From an uncultured virus (IMG/VR IMGVR_UViG_3300022822_000015) (taxonomy: Duplodnaviria > Heunggongvirae > Uroviricota > Caudoviricetes): 64,000 bases of DNA. Position numbers and translations under genes: made by a program. Of this stretch, positions 18,073 to 28,072 are shown in pieces. The stretch is from IMG/VR virus record IMGVR_UViG_3300022822_000015. One strand, written 5' to 3'. The stretch's first letter is position 1. Every line of letters begins with the position of its first letter. The notes beneath the pieces were generated by a model. That model searched no databases. It saw only the letters and a list, made by a program, of their open reading frames with translations, and had not been told where the DNA came from.

Positions 18073-20079
18073 ATGAAAAACTTACAACCAGCAGTGTCAG
18101 AAAAAGCAGCAATAGATCACACAAATGACAGCTTGAAAACTGCTATGTATTTGATGCTTAGCAACTCTGATTTGGTTACAAAGACAGCATTTTACGCTAA
18201 TGAAGAGTTATACGATGATTGGACAGCTATGGTACACGAATACGTGTTTGATACTTTATTACCGAACAGACTGAAGCATGTAATAGCAGCAGTAACTAGC
18301 GTAACAAACAGTTGCGATAAGGTATTGCTGAGCACTTTTGTAGGCATGTTGAAGTATAAAAACATGGTTGGGCCATTAAAGGTTAAGCAAACTGAGGGAC
18401 AGCTTAAACGTTTTAATATACTGGTGGCTGAATTAGTTACTAGTATACTAATTGACGAAGGCTTGCTTGAAGTACAAGTAGAAAAAGTTACAACAGCATT
18501 AGGTGTTAGAACACATAAGTATGTGACGTTTACTAAACATAATGTCAAAGATGTGTATAAAGGCATTATGGATAAAGCTGGTGTTGTGCTGCAGAAAGAT
18601 ATTGCTGGGCGTAAGCCTAATAATGCGCAGAAAACTTGTCTTGCATTGTTATCTAGTCAGGCGTATGAACTTCATACTGCTCTTAGTCAGGCAGTACTGC
18701 ACAAGTTTTATACACTTAAACCTGATTGGAACAAGACTCACGATAAGAATGGTAATGAAATTAAATGGGTTGGTGCTTATAAACGTAAGCATTACAAAGA
18801 TATGGCAGCGGAAGTAATGGAACTGCAAGATTGCATTTACTATATTGCGCATAAGTTTGACAATCGTTTACGTGTCGGTCCTGAGGCAAATAGGCTTGAA
18901 GGTATTAATCTTCATGGAAAGTCTTTTGAAACTGGACAGCATTGTGCTGCAAACTATAAAGATATAAATGATCAGGCTTATAGAATGATTGAGCAGCAGT
19001 TGTATTCAGCTAGGCATAACCGTGTGACTGTTCAGCAAGCAGTAGATAATTTGTCATCTAATGACTATTTACCTGTTACTGAGGACATTATGCTTGCAGC
19101 TACTAGCCAGAAGGAAATGGCTAACTTGCACACTGCTAAGAAAGCATTAAAGTCAATGCAACGACACGCTGAAGGCAAGCCTTGCGGTAATTTATTCGGC
19201 TGGGACTTCACGTTCTCAGGTGGCATTATGGCAGGTCTGTTGTTCAAGAGTCCTGAGTTCTTACAGTCAGGTAATCTTTATGGTGAGGATAAGGTAACTG
19301 ATGCACATGCTAGGTTTGGTGAGTTATTTGGTCTTAGTGGTATTGATAGAGATACTGTTAAGGATATGCAGCAACCAGTTATGCATGGTGGTCACATTTC
19401 AGGTTTGCTGAAAGTACTAGCAGATCATGGATTTGAGATGTCAGAAGCAGAGGTAAAGAGAGGTCTTACAGGTGTATACGGTGAATGTGTTGGTAATGTA
19501 AATATCATTGCTGAGTGGGGTCAAGCGTTAGCATGCAGTGAGTATGCAACAATGACTTGGACTATGCCTGATAACATGATTTCAGCACACAAAGCTTACC
19601 AAAGTGGTATTGCTGTTGAGAATTATGTTGCATCAGCTACTAGTAAGCGTGGTTATACTCATAATGTACAGCTTAGTAATTTGCCTTATGAGACTACTAA
19701 TACTGGTAAACCTTTGTATGCTAAGGAGATGACTATTGGTCATACTAACTATAAAGTTACTACTCATCTGAGAGGATTATTTGCCGATATTCTTCATAGT
19801 GTAGATGCTTATGTGTTACGTAGAGTAGTGAAAGCTGTTACTGATCAGGGCTATACTATATTGGTTAAGCATGACAACTTTTATATTCAACCAGCAGCTT
19901 ATCCTACTTTAATTAAAGCAGCTAAGAAGGTGTTTAGAGAGTTGCTTCATAGTAATTTGCTGCACAATATACTCACTGAAATTAGTGAACGGTCACATAA
20001 AGAATCTAATGTGCCAGAAATAGTTTATGGCGAAGCTCAAGATTTGATTGAAGAAAGCCATAATTTCTTACTACCATAG
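18073..20079 (+). CDS. Single-subunit T7-type RNA polymerase (unsplit N4 RNAP II counterpart)
   Basis: FDNRLR, motif A WDFTFSG, motif B RDTVK..HGG, ILHSVDA, motif C KHDNF; start MKNLQ after GGAG. Confidence 0.85.
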   Translation: MKNLQPAVSEKAAIDHTNDSLKTAMYLMLSNSDLVTKTAFYANEELYDDWTAMVHEYVFDTLLPNRLKHVIAAVTSVTNSCDKVLLSTFVGMLKYKNMVGPLKVKQTEGQLKRFNILVAELVTSILIDEGLLEVQVEKVTTALGVRTHKYVTFTKHNVKDVYKGIMDKAGVVLQKDIAGRKPNNAQKTCLALLSSQAYELHTALSQAVLHKFYTLKPDWNKTHDKNGNEIKWVGAYKRKHYKDMAAEVMELQDCIYYIAHKFDNRLRVGPEANRLEGINLHGKSFETGQHCAANYKDINDQAYRMIEQQLYSARHNRVTVQQAVDNLSSNDYLPVTEDIMLAATSQKEMANLHTAKKALKSMQRHAEGKPCGNLFGWDFTFSGGIMAGLLFKSPEFLQSGNLYGEDKVTDAHARFGELFGLSGIDRDTVKDMQQPVMHGGHISGLLKVLADHGFEMSEAEVKRGLTGVYGECVGNVNIIAEWGQALACSEYATMTWTMPDNMISAHKAYQSGIAVENYVASATSKRGYTHNVQLSNLPYETTNTGKPLYAKEMTIGHTNYKVTTHLRGLFADILHSVDAYVLRRVVKAVTDQGYTILVKHDNFYIQPAAYPTLIKAAKKVFRELLHSNLLHNILTEISERSHKESNVPEIVYGEAQDLIEESHNFLLP

Positions 20080-20803
20080 TAGGTAGTTAATGCACAAGGA
20101 TGTGCCAATATACTATTAAGGATTTTTATGTAGTGTACAACAAGGTATTACATTAACCGCACCAGTTGTGGGTTTACTTTAGTGTATACGAATATGTATT
20201 GATCTTTATTTATTATTTCCCTTATTACACCCCTAGATTCGACAGTTTTTTTCCTGCTCGCATTCGCTCCCTATAGTGAAAAAAGACGGTATGTTCTTTT
20301 TTACAGCAGCTAATGACGTACTGGCAATACGCAATCTGTAAATATATAGCTGTTTTAATATGTATAGCAATCTCGCATTAATTTAAATAGGAGATGTGTA
20401 ATGGATATACTGTGCCGTTAGAAGCGGCTTAAATAGACTTGTAATAAACCAACTCAAGTCTTTTACCAGAACTACCAATAAGATACTAAGTATCTATGTA
20501 CGATCTCACAGATGTAGCCATAGGCACACAGCTGAGTGAAACAAACTAGTAGAGTAAACTGCTTGACTAAATCTAACCAAATTTAACACCGTAAGTGTGT
20601 AACGGCTATTGTGCTAGCTGTAAAGTTTAGCTATTCGCTCTGAAGTAGTCTGAGGCAAATTTACACATTTGTACAACGACACGGTTGCCTTGAACAAGCA
20701 ACACTGGAGACGTAACCAGTATAAATTATGTTAGTAAATTTTTAGTTAAGGTAACGTATTACACCTATTTTAAAGTAATACAAAATTTAAGAGGATTTAT
20801 ATC

Positions 20804-21124
20804 ATGTCTATCATGAAAGATACGCCTGAAATGCGGTCAGCTGCATATAAAGAGGCGTTACAACGTAAGCAGCAAATGAAGTTGCACAATATAACTGCAG
20901 ACATGACTCAAGAACAGTCTGACGCAAAAATCATTCAACTTTCGGAAGCAAAGGCAGAATTAACAGGCAAGCCTGTGTCATCTGTTGCCGCAGGGCAGGA
21001 ATGGTACGTTAACGAGTTAATTGAGTTTGCTGGAATGTCTCCTACAGAACGTTATCAATGGGGTAGAGACCAGTCATTTCCTGATACTGCTTCTGATGCA
21101 GAACTGCTATCCGCACTAGCTTAA
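20804..21124 (+). CDS. Hypothetical protein
   Basis: 106-aa ORF with GAGG RBS. Confidence 0.7.
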   Translation: MSIMKDTPEMRSAAYKEALQRKQQMKLHNITADMTQEQSDAKIIQLSEAKAELTGKPVSSVAAGQEWYVNELIEFAGMSPTERYQWGRDQSFPDTASDAELLSALA

Positions 21125-21225
21125 CTGTTAGTGCTCACGTGCCAGTACGTGTACCCAACTGGCAATTAACCAGCGTAATTTATAGGCTTATTCTTAAACT
21201 TCTTAATATAAAAGGTTAATTAACT

Positions 21226-21600
21226 ATGACTAATTTACTAAAAAATCAAGTTGAAGCTGTAAAACTTTGGTGTCAAGCACTTGAGTCTGAAGAATACTTA
21301 CAAGGAGTGAATACTTTACAAGAAAATGATAATAGTTTTTGTTGTTTAGGTGTTGCTTGTTTAGTAGCTGAAAAAAATGGTGTACATGTAATTCGTGATG
21401 AGTTTGGAATTATAAAAGGCAATAATCTTGCTACACAAGCAGCAGTTATGGACTGGTTAGGATTACGTGATCCATCTGGTGCGTATAGCTATACTGATAT
21501 AAATATACCTAGTTTAACTTCGCTTAATGATAGGGAAGTATCGTTTAAAAAGATTTCTAAAATTATACAAAGTAACCCAGAAGGTCTATTTATTTCTTAA
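21226..21600 (+). CDS. Conserved phage protein, CCLGV family (copy 1)
   Basis: AL.S..Y.QG...L...FCCLGVAC, L..LND...F..I. Confidence 0.7.
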   Translation: MTNLLKNQVEAVKLWCQALESEEYLQGVNTLQENDNSFCCLGVACLVAEKNGVHVIRDEFGIIKGNNLATQAAVMDWLGLRDPSGAYSYTDINIPSLTSLNDREVSFKKISKIIQSNPEGLFIS

Positions 21601-21639
21601 AAAGATAATTTAGGCTAATTACAAATTTTAGGTGTAGCT

Positions 21640-21837
21640 ATGAAAATAGATAACAAACATTGGTTATGTTTATGCTTAGTTAAAATGTCTGAAGAGAATA
21701 AAAAAGTTAAACATAACCACAGTACGTCTATTACTGATAACAGTTTTGAACATTTAACTAAGTCTGTATTTAGTATAGATCTTAATGGTGGTATTACTGA
21801 AGAAGGTTTAACTCTAGTAGAACGTAATTTTCCTTAA
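21640..21837 (+). CDS. Hypothetical protein
   Basis: 65-aa ORF with AGGTG RBS. Confidence 0.5.
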   Translation: MKIDNKHWLCLCLVKMSEENKKVKHNHSTSITDNSFEHLTKSVFSIDLNGGITEEGLTLVERNFP

Positions 21838-21858
21838 AGTAACTTTTAAGAGGTTATT

Positions 21859-22260
21859 ATGATTAGTAAATATCCGGGTAAGTACTGTAGTAAGAAAGTT
21901 GCTGATATGTCTCCTGAAGAGCATAAGCAACATAGAATACATTCTAACGCTTACAACAAATCTAAAAGTCCTGAACAAAATAAAAGAGATTTGGATTCAC
22001 AAAATAGATGGAGATCTAAGAATACTGAAAAAGTACTAATTTACTCTAAACGTTGGAGAGACAAAAATACTACTAAAGTAAAAGTGTGCTCACGTGATTA
22101 CTATAGAAGATCGTCTAAAAACTTAACTGATGTGTATATAAGAAATCTTGTACATATCAGTACAGGATTACAGAAAAATTTAATAACTCAGGAAATGATA
22201 AATATTCATCGTTCAACCCTCGCAATAAAGCGAATTATTAAAACAACCAGAGAGAAATAA
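21859..22260 (+). CDS. Basic hypothetical protein, possibly nucleic-acid binding
   Basis: Repeated RWR.KN; GAGG RBS. Confidence 0.6.
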   Translation: MISKYPGKYCSKKVADMSPEEHKQHRIHSNAYNKSKSPEQNKRDLDSQNRWRSKNTEKVLIYSKRWRDKNTTKVKVCSRDYYRRSSKNLTDVYIRNLVHISTGLQKNLITQEMINIHRSTLAIKRIIKTTREK

Positions 22261-22262
22261 AA

Positions 22263-22799
22263 ATGAAAGATCAAAATTTTAAAGTTATTGTAGATACTAT
22301 TAAAAAACTTAGTTTTAATAGTGATTCACAAAAGTATGACCTAGCTAAAGTATTACATCAAGCTCGTATTGTTAATTGGTCACAGACTAAGTACAAGACA
22401 TTTGACAACATGATTAAAGTAGAGATTAATGACACTAATCGTGAAGTTTATACTTTAATTTATGGTTATTCTTGTATGCAGAAGTTTAAATGGTCTGATG
22501 CAGCTATTAAGACAGTGTTAAAACAATTAGGGTGGTCTAGATTTGTAGCTGCTATACAAAAAGAATTTGTTATTAAAACAAAATATGATTTTATTAATAA
22601 GTATTACAAAATGCCTATGAATAAGTTAATACCTGTACGTGCAGTAGATCCTGAAGGTGATAGAGCTTACGGTTTTAATTTACCTGCAGAACATGCTAAT
22701 AAATGGGATGGTATTCTTACACAACACGGTATGACTATTATCAATGGTCGTAGACATGGTGTAAGAGACTCTGTTATATCATTGATTAACACACTTTAA
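22263..22799 (+). CDS. Hypothetical protein
   Basis: 178-aa ORF adjacent to the upstream gene. Confidence 0.65.
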   Translation: MKDQNFKVIVDTIKKLSFNSDSQKYDLAKVLHQARIVNWSQTKYKTFDNMIKVEINDTNREVYTLIYGYSCMQKFKWSDAAIKTVLKQLGWSRFVAAIQKEFVIKTKYDFINKYYKMPMNKLIPVRAVDPEGDRAYGFNLPAEHANKWDGILTQHGMTIINGRRHGVRDSVISLINTL

Positions 22800-23040
22800 T
22801 ATAATTCGAATAGGTAGCTGATGCTCTCTGCTGTTAATTACACGATGTTTCTGTTGACAACCAACATGTTCTGAAAAGAAATGTGCAGGGGATTAGAGTA
22901 AGAGTGATAGAGTACCTCCTACGAGAAATCTAGGTGTGCCTGAAGCACAGTAAAAAGCAGTATTAAATTATAACCCTAGCTAGAGGGTAAAGTCGGTATT
23001 CGTGTTTCTAGTGAAGCGTCTAATTAACGTATGCGAATAA

Positions 23041-23110
23041 GCATTAGTGGTGTAATGGTTGCACACCTTCATTGCGAGGGAGTGTAGAGTTCGATTCTCT
23101 GCCTAATGTC
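23041..23110 (+). ncRNA. Degenerate tRNA-like element
   Basis: Acceptor, D arm (AATGGTT) and T arm (GTTCGATTC) present; 5-nt anticodon loop, no CCA. Confidence 0.55.
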
Positions 23111-23142
23111 GGCACTTATTTTTAATCAACTAGGTAAATATT

Positions 23143-23349
23143 ATGTCTACAATTCAAGTAAATAAAGAAGCTCACAGAGCTAAAGCACAACTATTTCGTA
23201 CTGGACACATTGTACGTGAATTGTCAGGAAACGTTGTGTGTGATGGAAGTGTAACAGTTAAAAACTACCCTTGGTGTAATAACGTCAGTGGTATTAATGT
23301 TGCAAAGAAATTTGTTCGTAAGTCAGGTCAAGTTTCTGTTAATAATTGA
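23143..23349 (+). CDS. Hypothetical protein
   Basis: 68-aa ORF with AGGT RBS. Confidence 0.6.
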   Translation: MSTIQVNKEAHRAKAQLFRTGHIVRELSGNVVCDGSVTVKNYPWCNNVSGINVAKKFVRKSGQVSVNN

Positions 23350-23356
23350 TAAGTTT

Positions 23357-23416
23357 TGCCTTTCCACGGTTGGCAGTAAAGTAACTGGCAGGTTCGACTC
23401 CTCGCTTTAGGCACCA
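23357..23416 (+). ncRNA. Truncated tRNA-like element ending in CCA
   Basis: TGCCT/AGGCA ends, GGTTCGACTCC T arm, terminal CCA, only about 60 nt. Confidence 0.4.
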
Positions 23417-23446
23417 TTTACTATTTTTAAACTTACAGAGGCAGTT

Positions 23447-23848
23447 ATGAAAATTGATTTCAGTAACCCATTGTTTGGAACATCAAAACCAAATCCTTGT
23501 GAGTATGCATTTCGTTATTGTGATAGTAGTAACATGCTTGGGTATTGGGATATTTATTCAGAAGAATTTACAGCTACTGGAAGAGAAACTAATATTTACT
23601 TAGAGTACTGGAAAATACTTAGATTTACTCCTAAAGGCATTGTTATTGAATGTTACAGAGTTGGAAAGTTTAAGGAAAAATTTATAGCCCATAAATGGCT
23701 AAAGAAATTTGCTCACTTAAATCTAGAGGAAGCTCAAACAGCTTTCTTGTATCGTAAAAGTAAACAAATAGGGTTACTTAAAGGACAACTAGTAAACGCA
23801 AATGCTGCTTATAACCTAGCTAAAAACAAAAAATGGGGACATGACTAA
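23447..23848 (+). CDS. Hypothetical protein
   Basis: 133-aa ORF with GAGG RBS. Confidence 0.65.
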   Translation: MKIDFSNPLFGTSKPNPCEYAFRYCDSSNMLGYWDIYSEEFTATGRETNIYLEYWKILRFTPKGIVIECYRVGKFKEKFIAHKWLKKFAHLNLEEAQTAFLYRKSKQIGLLKGQLVNANAAYNLAKNKKWGHD

Positions 23849-24294
23849 TGAAACCACTTTATATTTTCGATATTGATGGAACACTAGCTGATCTTAGGCA
23901 TCGTCTTCATTTAATTAAACAAAAAAGTCCTGATTGGGATGCGTTTCACTCTAGCGTAATGAGTGACGCACCAATTCCTAGCACGATAAGTACATTGCAA
24001 ATGTTGGCTGAGTTTTGTGATATTTGGTATTTTACAGGACGTATGGAGACTTGCCGAGACTACACTGAGATGTGGTTAAAAGCACACGTACAAGGTTGGA
24101 GTAACCCTAATGTGACAATGAGAGCTAAAGACGACACTAGGCCAGATTACGTAATTAAGCAGGAGATGTTAGATAATATGCTAGATGTTGATCGTCGTAG
24201 ATTAGTTGCTGTATTTGATGATCGTCAAAAAGTTGTTCAGATGTGGAGAGCAAATAATATTACTTGCTACCAAGTAGATAACGGAAACTTTTGA
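23848..24294 (+). CDS. HAD phosphatase, T4 Pnk 3'-phosphatase-like
   Basis: FDIDGTLAD, FTGR, D.RPD..IK, FDDR. Confidence 0.88.
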   Translation: MKPLYIFDIDGTLADLRHRLHLIKQKSPDWDAFHSSVMSDAPIPSTISTLQMLAEFCDIWYFTGRMETCRDYTEMWLKAHVQGWSNPNVTMRAKDDTRPDYVIKQEMLDNMLDVDRRRLVAVFDDRQKVVQMWRANNITCYQVDNGNF

Positions 24295-24304
24295 GGATAG
24301 TTTA

Positions 24305-24688
24305 ATGAAATTAACAAGTGAAAATGTAGAAAAAGTTTTTAGATCGTGTTTGTTTGAAGACAATGAAGAACAGATAGATATTGTTAACTCTGCTGGAGTA
24401 GTTATAGATGCAGAATTTAAAAAACAAAAACTAGAAGAAAACAAAGAAAACATTATTGCTATGTTAGATCAGCTACCTGATGACTTTAATCAAGAACTCG
24501 GAGGAGGTATGCATTTTACTAATGCTGCTTATAGAAATGACAACTATTTATGGGGTGAACACTGCCATGTTGATTTTCTTATTTGTTTAGGTATAGCTGT
24601 AGGTTATGTCAGATTTTGTTTAGCAAGGGAATTTTGGGCAGTATTGCCACAAAAACTTCCTTATTTTGTAACAGGAAAAATTAATTAG
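24305..24688 (+). CDS. Hypothetical conserved phage protein
   Basis: 127-aa ORF; LP..F....GGG..F, WG, LPY motifs. Confidence 0.65.
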   Translation: MKLTSENVEKVFRSCLFEDNEEQIDIVNSAGVVIDAEFKKQKLEENKENIIAMLDQLPDDFNQELGGGMHFTNAAYRNDNYLWGEHCHVDFLICLGIAVGYVRFCLAREFWAVLPQKLPYFVTGKIN

Positions 24689-24699
24689 GTAATAATATT

Positions 24700-25101
24700 A
24701 TGACTAATAAAGAAGAATACAAAAGAAGAAGAAAACTTTTAACAGACGCTTTGCGTTCTGGTGACTACAATCAAGGTTTTGGAGCTTTAGAAACTAAAGC
24801 AGGGTTCTGTTGTTTGGGTGTAGCTTGTGTAGTTGCTGAAAAAAATGGTGTAAAAGTTAACCGTGTTAGTGGAATACAAACTCTTGAAGGAAATACTTTT
24901 TTATCTCAAAAAAATGTTATTGATTGGTACGGTTTTCGTAGTTTTTCAGCTAAATTTACATTAGCAGGCGATACAAGCGAACTTTCTTTGATAAATTTAA
25001 ACGATGTATACAAATTTTCATTTGACCAAATAGCAGACATTATTGAAAATGAGACTGGCAATCTTTTTGTAGAAAGTGATGATCACCATGTTAAACTCTA
25101 A
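24700..25101 (+). CDS. Conserved phage protein, CCLGV family (copy 2)
   Basis: ALRSGDYNQG, FCCLGVACVVAEKNGV, LINLND...SFDQIADII. Confidence 0.7.
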   Translation: MTNKEEYKRRRKLLTDALRSGDYNQGFGALETKAGFCCLGVACVVAEKNGVKVNRVSGIQTLEGNTFLSQKNVIDWYGFRSFSAKFTLAGDTSELSLINLNDVYKFSFDQIADIIENETGNLFVESDDHHVKL

Positions 25102-25348
25102 TCATCCCTTACATATATGTACTGACTGCACTTATTATGATGCTCACAGAGACAACTACGGAAAAATTATAGCTAGGTGGTGTAAAAAACACACTGCTAT
25201 TTGTGAAGACGCTGTAAAAGTTTGCGATTACCAAGTTGTACAAAAGCAAACAAATTTTGTTTTATATACGTGTGATTTTCATAATAAACATTTTATTAAC
25301 AGGTTTGCTCTTGAAACACAAGATACTGAGTATAACCTCCACTTGTAG
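25076..25348 (+). CDS. Hypothetical Cys-rich protein
   Basis: CTDC, WCKKH, CDY. Confidence 0.5.
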   Translation: MMITMLNSNHPLHICTDCTYYDAHRDNYGKIIARWCKKHTAICEDAVKVCDYQVVQKQTNFVLYTCDFHNKHFINRFALETQDTEYNLHL

Positions 25349-25502
25349 GTTTAAATTATGAAAATGGTTTGTTATTTATTAGTAGTATTAATAATTGTAA
25401 TCGTAGCTGTTTTTGCAGATCCAAGAACAGAACTAGGGAGTAAAAAACACTTACCGGGAAGTTCTTTTTGTGTAACGTTTTATTAACAACAGGAGTAAAA
25501 AT

Positions 25503-25793
25503 ATGACTACTTTTGAATCTTGGATACAAAATATTAAAAGCATTATGTGGACTAAAGACAAAGTAGCTTGTGCTACAGTTGCTTGGCATTATCAACAAAA
25601 AATAATTAACAAACTTAATGCAAAATTAAGTTTAATTGAAAATAACAACCATACTTTAAAAGAAGATACTAAAAAGCAATCTGGGTTATTAAAAGAAGCT
25701 GTTACAAGGCTAGAATGGTTCATAAACACATTTCCTGAAGGATGTAGTTATAATGACCACAATTTGATAGCTAGAGTTAAAGAAGTTATATAA
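25503..25793 (+). CDS. Hypothetical protein
   Basis: AGGAG RBS, 96 aa. Confidence 0.6.
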   Translation: MTTFESWIQNIKSIMWTKDKVACATVAWHYQQKIINKLNAKLSLIENNNHTLKEDTKKQSGLLKEAVTRLEWFINTFPEGCSYNDHNLIARVKEVI

Positions 25794-26159
25794 TGATAAT
25801 GAAAAAACCTATGAATATTTTATTTATTGCTATATGACAAGCACAAACAATAACTAATTGTGTACTAGTAGTTACTATTAGTATATGTAACCCAGTAGCT
25901 AAATACCACAGTGTTGATGTATTTTCTACGTTAATCCAGCCACAACCAGTACCGCCATTCTTTGGGAGTGGTACGGACTATTAAAATGAAATAACTAATA
26001 CAGCGTAAATAAAGCTAAATTAAAGTGGAATTACAAACTACGTACAAATGGTAAAGTAGTGAGTAAAAGTGGTTATTTGACTGCTAAAAACGCTTCTACA
26101 GAAAAAGATTTGTATATATTGGAAAACAACTTAATTAATCAATTATCAGGTATAGAAAC

Positions 26160-26354
26160 ATGGATATAAAACCCTGCCAATTTTGTAATTCAACAGATAC
26201 ACAATTAGGAGTTTATAAAAATCGTGTGTTTATTATATGTATAGGATGTGAAGCAAAAGGACCAACTGTTTATGTAGATGATACAGAAAAACTAGGGGAA
26301 TCTAAAAAACTAGCTATTAGTAATTTTAACAACCGAGAATACAAAAATGATTAG
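26160..26354 (+). CDS. Lar-like (restriction alleviation) zinc-ribbon protein
   Basis: IKPCQFC, ICIGCEAKGP, A...FN.R. Confidence 0.6.
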   Translation: MDIKPCQFCNSTDTQLGVYKNRVFIICIGCEAKGPTVYVDDTEKLGESKKLAISNFNNREYKND

Positions 26355-27336
26355 GTATCCAAGTATTGAACAATTTAGAAGAGTAATTAAAGAAGTAGAA
26401 ATGACTTTTAAAAATGAAATTCAGCCTACATTAAAATTTAAAGGTACTGTAAAAGTACATGGTACTAACGCTTCAGTAGTTATTGAACCTAACGGAACTA
26501 TAACAACACAGTCTAGAAACAACGTAATAACTGTTGAAAATGATAATGCTGGTTTTGCTAAATGGATTGAAGAACGAAAAAGCTGGTTTTATGAATACAA
26601 AAAACAACTAGAACACCAACTAATAGCTTGGGGAAGTGACACTGTAGTTATTTACGGTGAGTTTGCTGGTGGCAATATTCAAAAAAATGTTGCAGTGACA
26701 GGTATTGATAAATTCTTTTACGTATTTGGTATTAAAATTATTAATGAAAAAGAAAATGAAGATTACTGGTCTTCAGAAATTCCTGAATTTACACGAATGG
26801 ATAATTATAACTTTGACAGAATTTTTATGGCTAACAAAATTTGGAAAAGAAATATACTTATCGATTTTAACAAGCCACAAGAATTGCAAAATCAAATGAT
26901 TCAGCTAACTGAAGAAATTGAAGCTAACTGCCCTGTAGGAGCATTATTAGGCTCTACTGAGTGTACTGTTGGTGAAGGAGTAGTGTGGGAACACATTGAC
27001 TGTAATGGCAACAGATTAGCGTTTAAAGTTAAAGGGAAAAAACATAGCTCATCTAAAGTTAAAGTTATGGCTGCTGTTGACGTAGAAAAAATGAAATCAA
27101 TAGATGAATTTGTTGATTATGTATTAACTGAAGCTAGGTTAGAACAAGGCTTTAAAGAAATATGTGATTGTAATGCAGACAGAAAATACTTAGGTAACTT
27201 TATTAAATGGGTTTGTTCTGATGTGTTTAAAGAAGAAACTGATACTCTTTTAGCTAGTGGTTTAACAACAAAAGAAGTATCTAGTACTTTAAGCAAAACA
27301 ATTAGAAATTGGTTTTTCAATAAGGAGTTATTATAA
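26347..27336 (+). CDS. RNA ligase, Rnl2-like family
   Basis: KVHGTN adenylation motif, YGEF, FGI, GEGVV, FKVK. Confidence 0.88.
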   Translation: MIRYPSIEQFRRVIKEVEMTFKNEIQPTLKFKGTVKVHGTNASVVIEPNGTITTQSRNNVITVENDNAGFAKWIEERKSWFYEYKKQLEHQLIAWGSDTVVIYGEFAGGNIQKNVAVTGIDKFFYVFGIKIINEKENEDYWSSEIPEFTRMDNYNFDRIFMANKIWKRNILIDFNKPQELQNQMIQLTEEIEANCPVGALLGSTECTVGEGVVWEHIDCNGNRLAFKVKGKKHSSSKVKVMAAVDVEKMKSIDEFVDYVLTEARLEQGFKEICDCNADRKYLGNFIKWVCSDVFKEETDTLLASGLTTKEVSSTLSKTIRNWFFNKELL

Positions 27337-27338
27337 AA

Positions 27339-27647
27339 ATGTATTTAAAAGAAGAAATTGAAAAATGGGCAACAGCTGTAGGAATAATTAAAGATGGTAC
27401 TTTTATAGGACAACTTAAAGGTTTAAGTACGGAAGTAGTAGAAGCTACTGAAGCATACACTATGTTTAAAACACAGAATGCAAATGTAGCAGAAATAGAA
27501 ATGGAAATGGGTGATATTTATATTTACTGGATGAATGCCTGTACAAAACTAGGGTTAGATCCAGAAAAATGTGTAGATAAAGCTTTTAATAAAGTAATTA
27601 AAAGAACTGGAACAATAGTATCAGGAAGGTATAAAAAAGATGATTAG
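27339..27647 (+). CDS. MazG-like NTP pyrophosphohydrolase
   Basis: EVVEATE ... EMGD, C...AFNK...R.G. Confidence 0.7.
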   Translation: MYLKEEIEKWATAVGIIKDGTFIGQLKGLSTEVVEATEAYTMFKTQNANVAEIEMEMGDIYIYWMNACTKLGLDPEKCVDKAFNKVIKRTGTIVSGRYKKDD

Positions 27648-27942
27648 AAAACCATTAGTAAATAACTATATGCGTAGAATTAAAACTATTAAAGTCGGAA
27701 TGAAAAAAATTAACGGCAAAATGATTCCTGCATATCGTGATGTTTACGTAGATGTTTATGACGTTATCAGAGCATTTAATGTTACAGATCCTGCTATGGC
27801 ACATGCAATTAAAAAGTGTTTAGCTGCAGGACAACGTGGAGCTAAAGACAGTATTAAAGATAAAAATGAATCTATACAAGCTATTGAAAGGTCAATAGTA
27901 ATAGAAGAGGAAGAAGAAATTTACTCTTCATTAGTACCTTAA
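27640..27942 (+). CDS. Conserved phage protein (DUF3310-like)
   Basis: DVYDV..AF.VT.PA..HAIKK.L.AG.RG.KD. Confidence 0.6.
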   Translation: MIRKPLVNNYMRRIKTIKVGMKKINGKMIPAYRDVYVDVYDVIRAFNVTDPAMAHAIKKCLAAGQRGAKDSIKDKNESIQAIERSIVIEEEEEIYSSLVP

Positions 27943-28072
27943 TTTAACAACAATAACAAATTACAGAACTTATGGAAAAATTAAAGATACATGTCCTGTA
28001 TGTAACAAGTTAATTGCTGCTACAGGTTTGGATCAACACATGAAAGCAAAACACGTATAAAGGAACATACTA

